A stretch of DNA of 30,988 nucleotides from IMG/VR virus record IMGVR_UViG_3300037791_000048, positions 1-30,988 of that record. One strand, given 5' to 3'. This DNA is from a virus (taxonomy: Duplodnaviria > Caudoviricetes). The notes under the pieces were generated by a model. The model had not been told where the DNA came from. It made no database searches and saw only the letters and a list, made by a program, of their open reading frames with translations. The translations under genes and the position numbers were made by a program. The stretch's first letter is position 1; each line of letters opens with the position of its first letter. Below are positions 1 through 7,300 of this stretch, piece after piece.

Positions 1-1728
1 ATGATTCTTGGTATATATTGCAGAAAATCAGTTGATTCCAAAGATAGGGACTCATCCTCCATTGATGACCAAAAACAGGCAGGTATCAACCTTGCAAGGT
101 CATTGGGCATGGAACACAAGCTCTACATCGAGCAGACGAGTTCGGGAAAGCTGGAACTGAAGGATAGACCCAAGATGGTTCAGATGTTAAAGGACATCGA
201 CCAAAAGAAACCCAAGATACAAGCCGTTTTTGCCTATGACCCAAGTAGGCTCTACAGAAACGATGACACCAAAATCCAGTTCCTTTCCATTATCAAGAAA
301 AGGGAAATAGAACTCTACTTCCAGTCAGGGAAATTCGATTGGAACGACCCCACTTCAAAACTTGTACACAACATCCTATCAGCCACTAATGAATTCTTTG
401 TGGACTTGACTTCCATGAAGATTAAGGATACACTCAGGAGAAAGGCCAAACAGGGAAAAGTCAATGGTGCAGTACTGCCCTACGGTTATAAGGCCAACAG
501 TGAGAAGTATTTGGTTATCGATGAACAGGAGGCCGAGGTTGTGAGATACATCTTTGATGGTTTCATGGAGGGCAAAACATCCACCCAAATCAGGAACTAT
601 CTTATAGATAATGAAATACCCACACGCTACAACAAGATTGGTGGAACTAAGGATTATGTCCACAAGGAGCGTGATGAGGTCAGGACTACCAAGAAAAGTG
701 ATAGCAGGTGGACAAATGGAACTATCCTACAGATTCTCAGGAATCCAGTTTATAAAGGTGAGCGCAAATGGGGCGAGGAAGTTTTTGATTCCCCTATCAT
801 CATTGACCCCGTTAAATGGGAAAAGGTAAACCAAAGCTACCTCAACAGGAACAAGGGCAGCCTTAGGGGAAAGAATACGGAACATAAGTACCTTCTTACC
901 CCAATGCTACAATGTGGTTGTGGGAAGTCGCTCATAGGCCGTTCCAACAAGCTCGAAAACTACTATGGTTGTGCAGGGAAACGCTACAAGGAAACCAAGT
1001 GCAATAGCAAGTACATACCTGTAAGGGTGCTGGATGAGCTAATAACCAACATAGTATATGGAAATCTCTACCAAACCGTCAAACAAAGTGGTTCGGGGGA
1101 TGTTGTCAAAAAACGTGAGCAACTTGAAAAAAGGATTGCAGATTATGACACGGAACTTGCTTCCATCAAAAGAAACCTCAATAAACTTGATGACCATCTC
1201 ACTGATGGCAGGTTCACCACGGAACAGTACGATAGGCAGAAAAAAAGGCTCTCAGCCCAAACCAGTGACCTACAGATAAAGAAATCCAACCTGCAAGAAC
1301 AACTTTCAGCCTTGAAGGGGGATGTGAACCAATTGGAGCAGATTGAGAATGACATTATCAAGCCCATGATGGATAAAATGGAATATCCACAGCATCCTGA
1401 CAGCTACAATCCTTTTGAACCATTGCTATTGAAGATATTCCAATCTACGGTTGGTCGGGCGCAACCTTTTGAAGAAAAACAGAAGGTCATCAGAAAATAC
1501 GTAAAGAACATCAAGGTAGATTACAAGAAAGAACATAAGCTACACGAGATAACCCTAAGCTATAGATTGCCCATAGAGGATGAAACCTATTATATGGATG
1601 TCCACACCCTCCACGCCATTGATTCAAGGAGCAGACAGCCCGTATGGGTCAATGAAGAAAGGTATGAAAAGCACAGGGAGAAAGTAATCCAAGAAACCGA
1701 GGCACGTTTAAGGGAATACCAAGGTTAA
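1..1728 (+). CDS. Large serine recombinase (integrase)
   Basis: N-terminal IYCRKS catalytic motif, D-PSRL-R, PYGY recombinase domain, ILRNPVYKG, Cys ribbon (CGCG...C...C), coiled coil; 575 aa. Confidence 0.95.
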   Translation: MILGIYCRKSVDSKDRDSSSIDDQKQAGINLARSLGMEHKLYIEQTSSGKLELKDRPKMVQMLKDIDQKKPKIQAVFAYDPSRLYRNDDTKIQFLSIIKKREIELYFQSGKFDWNDPTSKLVHNILSATNEFFVDLTSMKIKDTLRRKAKQGKVNGAVLPYGYKANSEKYLVIDEQEAEVVRYIFDGFMEGKTSTQIRNYLIDNEIPTRYNKIGGTKDYVHKERDEVRTTKKSDSRWTNGTILQILRNPVYKGERKWGEEVFDSPIIIDPVKWEKVNQSYLNRNKGSLRGKNTEHKYLLTPMLQCGCGKSLIGRSNKLENYYGCAGKRYKETKCNSKYIPVRVLDELITNIVYGNLYQTVKQSGSGDVVKKREQLEKRIADYDTELASIKRNLNKLDDHLTDGRFTTEQYDRQKKRLSAQTSDLQIKKSNLQEQLSALKGDVNQLEQIENDIIKPMMDKMEYPQHPDSYNPFEPLLLKIFQSTVGRAQPFEEKQKVIRKYVKNIKVDYKKEHKLHEITLSYRLPIEDETYYMDVHTLHAIDSRSRQPVWVNEERYEKHREKVIQETEARLREYQG

Positions 1729-2056
1729 AGTTGCGCTTTTTGAACATAACCCCACCATAGCCCATTCCACTATACACATATAGGAACAACCAACACCCCT
1801 TACCCATCATGTAACATTCAACCCCAATAACAAGGGTCTACCGTTACATAAGCGGTAAAACACCCCAACATCTCCATAAACAATTGTTTTTCAATCATCT
1901 AATATCATTATTCTATCGTTTATGTTGGGGGTGCTGAATAAACAAAACCAACCGATACCAACGAACATACACGTACACGGGAAAGAAATGTCCTACAAAA
2001 TGACTATCTTTTACCCTGTCATCACTTGAAAACTGGTAATTTACACTTCGATGGCA

Positions 2057-2085
2057 GCCCCTTGGATTCTTTCAGGGGGTTTTTT
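2057..2085 (+). terminator. Intrinsic terminator
   Basis: gccccttgga-ttct-ttcagggggt stem followed by a T run. Confidence 0.75.
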
Positions 2086-2351
2086 ATACCCAAAACCAAC
2101 GTTTCTTTAAACTATCCTCAATATTGTCTACTTATCATTGAATTATTATCATTCCACCTCCGAGTCGGTATGAGAATCTTTCAATATTTCATTTTTGATG
2201 TACTATAAAATTTATTATGTAAAGTAGATGGTTAATCAACTGATAATCAGCGTGTGTTGTTTTGGTGAGTAGGTCAAATGTGACTGTATGATGTTAAATA
2301 TTGGAAATCGGTTACAATTTGGAAGGGGGAGGATAGGTATTTTGGAGCTTT

Positions 2352-2873
2352 CTAAAACAACACGATTGCACCTGTAAAACAGACCGCCATCGAAAGTATT
2401 CCCAAGGCAATCGGGACATAAATATCAATTGTTTTCATAAGCCACTCATTTGACTTAAAATGGTATTTCATGGTGTTCCTGACCTTTTCTGCAACTTCCT
2501 TTTCAAAGTTTTCTAGGTTGGGGTAATTCTCATGTCCGTACCAATCATCGAGTTCCTTAGTTATTTTTTTCTTGTATATCTTGGGAAGTTCATCATTCCT
2601 GAACTTGATTATGAAGGAAATCCAAAAGTAAAGCACAATACATCCCAACAACTTTGTTATTATTGTAGCTTTCCCCGATGTTTCAAAATTAAACCCGAAA
2701 AAGGAAACGATACCAGTACTGTATTCTATCATGTAGGCAATGGTGATACCGATGACAGAGGTTATCAGCAAGCTCTTGCGAAGCTGCTTGACCGTTTCAA
2801 ATTCCAAGTTGTCCAAAGGGGTTGACATGTTCTTTTTATCTAGTGGTTTAATTTGATGAGGCTTTGTGGACAA
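2352..2873 (-). CDS. Hypothetical membrane protein (~3 TM); start may be a downstream ATG (MSTPLD)
   Basis: 173-aa ORF with hydrophobic segments LLITSVIGITIAYMI, LLGCIVLYFWISFII and IALGILSMAVCFTGAIVLF. Confidence 0.75.
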   Translation of the reverse strand: MSTKPHQIKPLDKKNMSTPLDNLEFETVKQLRKSLLITSVIGITIAYMIEYSTGIVSFFGFNFETSGKATIITKLLGCIVLYFWISFIIKFRNDELPKIYKKKITKELDDWYGHENYPNLENFEKEVAEKVRNTMKYHFKSNEWLMKTIDIYVPIALGILSMAVCFTGAIVLF

Positions 2874-2892
2874 TTGGCATATTCCTTATACC

Positions 2893-3249
2893 TTAGAAAC
2901 AGCTTACCCATTGTTTGCCATTACTGTTAAAACTCAACGCTGCCCACTTAATATTTCCTTTCTTGTATTCGTTGTACTCGGCATCAAATTTATCTGCCAA
3001 TTCCCTTGCCTCTTGGAACGTATCAAACTCCACGAACTTATATCTACGGGGTTTCATATAATGGCCTGACAAGCCACCTGCTTTATCCTTTACTTCATCA
3101 TAGCCTTTAGACCAATCAATCCATTGTGAACGAAAAGCACATCTTTCATCTTTCTTCAAAATCAAAGTGTGGTTAAAGTAATCGGGGCTAAAATCAGACC
3201 AATCGTTTAAGCCAATACGCCTAGGTGGAATAAGAATAAACTTGTTCAT
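2893..3249 (-). CDS. Hypothetical protein
   Basis: 118-aa ORF, tightly packed and co-oriented with both neighbours. Confidence 0.7.
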   Translation of the reverse strand: MNKFILIPPRRIGLNDWSDFSPDYFNHTLILKKDERCAFRSQWIDWSKGYDEVKDKAGGLSGHYMKPRRYKFVEFDTFQEARELADKFDAEYNEYKKGNIKWAALSFNSNGKQWVSCF

Positions 3250-3270
3250 AATGGTGGCGTGCTTGGTACT

Positions 3271-3630
3271 CTATCTCATCCTCAATTCGATTATCCTGTC
3301 AGGCTCCCTATAATTACCCATTTTAATAAACTTTGAGCATGAGCCAGTAGCCCCCCTAGTATCTGCCAACGTTACCGTATAGTTCAATTTTTCGACAAGC
3401 TTACCTTCATAGAAGAACAGGGCTAGGAATTCATCTGAATTGAATCCAGTTCTACAATAGTGCCATTCTTCAACATTCTGTTTGAAGTCACTCTTGGCAG
3501 GTGCGCCCATAATGTTTTCCACCTCTGCCTTGGTCATCCCTGAAGATAGTTTATAGGATACCTTTAGGTTCTGCTGCACTCCACAACAGACAAAACATAG
3601 ACAGGCCATTAGGGTAATAGTTTGTTTCAT
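3271..3630 (-). CDS. Lipoprotein with SmpA/OmlA (BamE-like) domain
   Basis: Signal peptide with lipobox-like LCFVCCG; L-x-x-GMTKAEVENIMGAP...EEWHY motif. Confidence 0.8.
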   Translation of the reverse strand: MKQTITLMACLCFVCCGVQQNLKVSYKLSSGMTKAEVENIMGAPAKSDFKQNVEEWHYCRTGFNSDEFLALFFYEGKLVEKLNYTVTLADTRGATGSCSKFIKMGNYREPDRIIELRMR

Positions 3631-3792
3631 AATTGGATTTTAGCTTTCCCAAAGGGGTCATTCATTTTATCGGGGGAGGTCATAAATATATGATAATTGG
3701 TCATAAATAACTACAGTAACCGACCACCGTATGGAACTTTTCCCACAATCTGTAAAATGGATTATCTTTCTAAAAAATAAAAAGTTAATAAT

Positions 3793-4362
3793 ATGGAAGG
3801 ATTGGAGAGAGCCAAATTGAAGGATAGCATTTTACTGTTCTTGCTCGAAAAAGGAGGTGGTTGGGGTGAGGACGGTATATATTTAGGTTTGGGAAAACCG
3901 ACCAAAACAGAAAACCATATCAGTGAAATACTTAATGAGATGAACCTTGAAGCCTCAAAGTACTTCTACTATAATGACGATGACGGTTATGTTTTGGTTT
4001 CAGCAAACGATTTTACACAAGAGTTCTTGGACAAAGGAGGTTTTGTCAGTGAATACAATAAACAGGTTGTAGCAGCCCGAAAGCTGAACGAAAATATCAA
4101 ACGTGAAAACAATGTCAAAGAACTCAAAGAGATTGATTTGAAACTGAATATTAGAAACAGCAAATTTGCTTTGCCACTTTCAATCATAAGTATCCTTATT
4201 GCTCTTGGGTCATTACTCTATACCATCTCAAAACCCCAAAAGATAAACGATGGACAGCTTAAGGCAATTCAAGAGCGATTGGATTATTTGGAAGGTACAT
4301 TGGTAAAGGAGAATGATTCGATGAGGTTGATAATCGATAAAATTAAGGACACCATAAAATGA
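3793..4362 (+). CDS. Hypothetical single-TM protein (soluble N-domain, coiled coil, TM)
   Basis: 189 aa; TM FALPLSIISILIALGSLLYTI; ATGA overlap with the next gene. Confidence 0.8.
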   Translation: MEGLERAKLKDSILLFLLEKGGGWGEDGIYLGLGKPTKTENHISEILNEMNLEASKYFYYNDDDGYVLVSANDFTQEFLDKGGFVSEYNKQVVAARKLNENIKRENNVKELKEIDLKLNIRNSKFALPLSIISILIALGSLLYTISKPQKINDGQLKAIQERLDYLEGTLVKENDSMRLIIDKIKDTIK

Positions 4363-5015
4363 ACAGGTACATCAAAGCAATGGAAATCGGGTTAGCCCAT
4401 GAGAATGTAGGCATAACTTACAACGACTTGATTAGTAAAATACAGGAGGATTCAGGTAGGATGACGATTTACGCTGAATCTACCTTTTATTATTGGTTCG
4501 TGGACAACTTCTCGGCTACAAACATCGAATCAAAGCTTTATTCGGGATGGAAAACAAACTTTGAGTATTACTATTATTTCAAACATAGTATAAATAAACC
4601 GAAAGGCAACTTGACTGAAAGTGGGGAAGTATTGTACAGACAATTGGACAGTGTAAAGTGGTTCCTCAATGGGGAGGCATCCAAACAATATTTGGACTAT
4701 TTGGAATTACAGGAATCCAGACAGACCGCCCAAGATGCCCGTAAAGCTTCCAAGGAGGCAAATGAGAAAGCTTCTAAATCGATAAGGCTTGCTATTTGGG
4801 CAATTGTGGTCAGTGCAGCCGTTGGTTTATTCAGTATCATTGTCGATTTGGTGGCTTTCAGCAAATCCCCCGTACCACCATACGATGTCAAGGTCATTGA
4901 GAACGACGCCCAAACAAAAGAACTGGAAGAAGTAAAGGAAAGGCTATACAAGGCAGAAATGATGTTAGAGGTCTATGAATCTGATTTGGATTCAGTATCG
5001 GATTCAGGCTCTTGA
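4359..5015 (+). CDS. Hypothetical single-TM protein (soluble N-domain, coiled coil, TM)
   Basis: 218 aa; coil ELQESRQTAQDARKASKEA, then TM LAIWAIVVSAAVGLFSIIV. Confidence 0.8.
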   Translation: MNRYIKAMEIGLAHENVGITYNDLISKIQEDSGRMTIYAESTFYYWFVDNFSATNIESKLYSGWKTNFEYYYYFKHSINKPKGNLTESGEVLYRQLDSVKWFLNGEASKQYLDYLELQESRQTAQDARKASKEANEKASKSIRLAIWAIVVSAAVGLFSIIVDLVAFSKSPVPPYDVKVIENDAQTKELEEVKERLYKAEMMLEVYESDLDSVSDSGS

Positions 5016-5614
5016 CTTTCGGATTTGGATTTAGTTTCAGTTTCGGTTTCCTTTTTCTCCTTTTCCTGCTGCTCTTTTTTCTTAAATTTATCAGCATATA
5101 TCATGCCCTTCCACCTTCTTTCAATATCGATATACCTTTGATGCAGATAATACCATAAGAGAAAGCCCACCAAAATAAATGCGCCACCAGTCCTTTGTAA
5201 AAAAGTACTTAAAGCATCTATATTGTGCTTCTTTAAGCTTATAAAATTGATGACATCTTGGGATTTTTCGTATTCACCTCTGAGTAATTCAAATTGCTTC
5301 AATTTATCTTTAAAAACTTCTATTTCGGCATGCAATTCTTCATCTTTTTCTATAAATTTTTCGCTATTAGCATTTTTATTCAACTTGAACTGTTCATGGA
5401 AATTGTCCATTTCCTCAACCAAACTTTGAGAATATTCCCTTAAATAATTTGATTCTATGTACACTTTGTTCAATTGATTGCTAGACTCAATTCTTTTTTC
5501 AGTGTACATGCCGAATGATGAATAGTCAAGATAAACCCCTAGGGAAAACAGAACAAGCCCAAATATGGCTATGAACTTATATAGATTGTCCGTAGGTAAT
5601 GTTGGTATGTTCAT
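4973..5614 (-). CDS. Hypothetical 2-TM protein with inter-TM coiled coil
   Basis: 213 aa; TMs FIAIFGLVLFSLGVYL and GAFILVGFLLWYYL; low-complexity charged tail. Confidence 0.8.
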   Translation of the reverse strand: MNIPTLPTDNLYKFIAIFGLVLFSLGVYLDYSSFGMYTEKRIESSNQLNKVYIESNYLREYSQSLVEEMDNFHEQFKLNKNANSEKFIEKDEELHAEIEVFKDKLKQFELLRGEYEKSQDVINFISLKKHNIDALSTFLQRTGGAFILVGFLLWYYLHQRYIDIERRWKGMIYADKFKKKEQQEKEKKETETETKSKSESQEPESDTESKSDS

Positions 5615-5641
5615 ATTAAAGCATATTGGTATTCTTGGTTC

Positions 5642-5672
5642 AAAAAACCCCCTCCAAATAGTTGGAAGGGGC
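5642..5672 (-). terminator. Intrinsic terminator downstream of the small peptide gene
   Basis: Minus strand reads gccccttccaa-ctat-ttggagggggtttttt. Confidence 0.8.
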
Positions 5673-5716
5673 TACTACTTATCATTCCATTGATTAATGT
5701 TTAGACAATTTACGAA

Positions 5717-5821
5717 TCATAGCTTCTTCCTGATATAATCTACCAAGAGTCCTGCCATGATGCCAAGCAGTACCACACCTGGTGCAGTTCCCACAAGGGC
5801 TTCATTAAATTGCTCTAACAT
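5717..5821 (-). CDS. Small hydrophobic peptide (34 aa), type I toxin-like; absent from the ORF track
   Basis: Hand translation MLEQFNEALVGTAPGVVLLGIMAGLLVDYIRKKL; one TM with a basic C-terminus; flanked by a consensus promoter and a terminator. Confidence 0.7.
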   Translation of the reverse strand: MLEQFNEALVGTAPGVVLLGIMAGLLVDYIRKKL

Positions 5822-5827
5822 AGTCCC

Positions 5828-5859
5828 CAAATTTAAAACGACTCCTTACATCCTGCAAA
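5828..5859 (-). promoter_or_regulatory. Bacteroidota primary-sigma promoter
   Basis: Minus strand TTTG-N20-TAAATTTG, 6 nt before the ATG at 5821. Confidence 0.75.
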
Positions 5860-5887
5860 TCAAGTTATTGGGAATTATTAACATTGA

Positions 5888-6247
5888 TTACAGTTTCTCC
5901 TTCAACCACAGGCCAAAACTCTCATTGTGATAGAGGTTTCCATCGTACTCGAAATGTTTATACTTTTCTATGAGTCCCAACAAAACGTCCGAGATTTTAT
6001 CCCTTGGTAACGCTGAACCTTGGATGTCATATACCCCATTCTTCTTCAACATGTATTTGCCATTGTCAATGATGGCCTTGTCACCGTTTTTGCCATGGAC
6101 AACCAACCGAGCATACCCATAAACGGCATTGCAGACCATGGAGTCCAGTTTGCTTGTATTTATCTCTATCCGTTCGGACATGATTTGGAAAAAATCTGCC
6201 CCAAACCAAAACGTTGTTTTGTGGGGGCTTTTTTTAAACAGTTTCAC
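5888..6247 (-). CDS. Hypothetical protein
   Basis: 119-aa ORF with GTG start; TAATTTTG (-7-like) upstream at 6267-6274. Confidence 0.65.
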   Translation of the reverse strand: MKLFKKSPHKTTFWFGADFFQIMSERIEINTSKLDSMVCNAVYGYARLVVHGKNGDKAIIDNGKYMLKKNGVYDIQGSALPRDKISDVLLGLIEKYKHFEYDGNLYHNESFGLWLKEKL

Positions 6248-6398
6248 CTTAAAACTGGATTAAATCCAAAATTACGGAATATATCCAATAAAATAGTGCC
6301 TGTTGATAAGTTTAAGGCTATTTACAGACGTTTTAAGGAACTATTATAAAAAATATTACACAATACACCATAAAAAGAAGAAATGCTCTTAAAAAGCT

Positions 6399-6683
6399 TT
6401 AAAATACGTTATAGAATATAACGTAAAGTAGATTCATTGTGCCTGTTAACAAAAATATAGCCAATGCAAAAGCACCTCCCGTCAAAAAGAATGCAGGGTA
6501 AATCGGTGCATCTTTCCATTTGTTGATTAGGATGTAGGACAGGAATGACAAGAGTGCCATCGCAATGAAAAAGGGCAACCTGCCCATGCTATCCTGAAGG
6601 TATTTGAACAGACCGCCAAATGCAAACATCCCCACTATGCTCAGGAACAATACAAGAGAAGGGTTGGAATCCTTTTTTTCCAT
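6399..6683 (-). CDS. Small membrane protein (3 TM)
   Basis: Almost entirely hydrophobic; ATG at 6683 (MEKKDSN) preferred over the TTG at 6701. Confidence 0.7.
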   Translation of the reverse strand: MEKKDSNPSLVLFLSIVGMFAFGGLFKYLQDSMGRLPFFIAMALLSFLSYILINKWKDAPIYPAFFLTGGAFALAIFLLTGTMNLLYVIFYNVF

Positions 6684-7072
6684 ACCACTAAAACGGGTCA
6701 AAATGCGGAAAATTGCAGTTTTCGCCCAAAATACGCCTAAACCTACGTGGTTACTAAGCTCATAGTGGATTTACACCCAACCAAAAAGGTGTAGACATAT
6801 TGGTATTATGTAGAAGAGGAGAAGAAGAAATAGAGAAGAAAGTAGAGAGAACCAACCAGTATCCCAACGGCCTCGACCACTTTCCGAACGGTTTTACCCT
6901 TTTCGGCTGTTTTTGTGCAGGGGGCGAAACAATTCCATACGCATAATCTGACGTTTTTCAAAGTTTTTCGACAACTTTAACACTTTTATTATTGGATTTC
7001 AAAACACTTCAACCTTTGGTAGTGCCAGTGTTTATAGGGTCTAAGAGCCGAAATTTCCTGAGAGTTTATCTA

Positions 7073-7104
7073 TTTGGTGAATCCAAATATTATTTCTATC
7101 TTTG
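7073..7104 (+). promoter_or_regulatory. Early rightward promoter (Bacteroidota consensus)
   Basis: TTTG(7073-76)-N20-TATCTTTG(7097-7104). Confidence 0.75.
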
Positions 7105-7118
7105 TAAAATAAAATTTG

Positions 7119-7151
7119 CAAAGGTACAAATAAAACAAATACAAAAACAAA
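7119..7151 (-). promoter_or_regulatory. Leftward promoter opposing the early promoter
   Basis: Minus strand TTTG-N21-TACCTTTG. Confidence 0.55.
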
Positions 7152-7190
7152 TTAATCGATGAAATACATCAAACTTTAACATTTAACCAA

Positions 7191-7236
7191 TAAAAACCCC
7201 ACCGTTAGGCAGGGAAGAAAGTTCTTTTTGTATGTG
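7191..7236 (-). ncRNA. Putative ~45-nt antisense (countertranscript) RNA
   Basis: Lies between a minus-strand consensus promoter (7243-7273) and a minus-strand terminator ccctgcc-taac-ggtgggg-ttttt (7192-7214); 5' end estimated. Confidence 0.5.
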
Positions 7237-7242
7237 AGAATT

Positions 7243-7273
7243 CAAAAGTACAAAATCTTTCCAAGATGTCAAA
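7243..7273 (-). promoter_or_regulatory. Antisense promoter inside the early leader
   Basis: Minus strand TTTG-N19-TACTTTTG. Confidence 0.65.
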
Positions 7274-7300
7274 AGGTGGTGGTTGTCCCAAATCACCATA

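Noticed and set aside
1777-1790. Minus-strand TTGTTCCTATATG resembling the late promoter -10 box, pointing antisense into the integrase
   Set aside because: Imperfect box and no CTTCCA 15 bp upstream
2026-2208. 60-aa ORF from the track
   Set aside because: TTG start, runs through a terminator, no protein-like features
2240-2250. CTGATAATCAG imperfect palindrome as a possible att or recombinase site
   Set aside because: Single short copy; serine integrase att sites cannot be identified without the flanks
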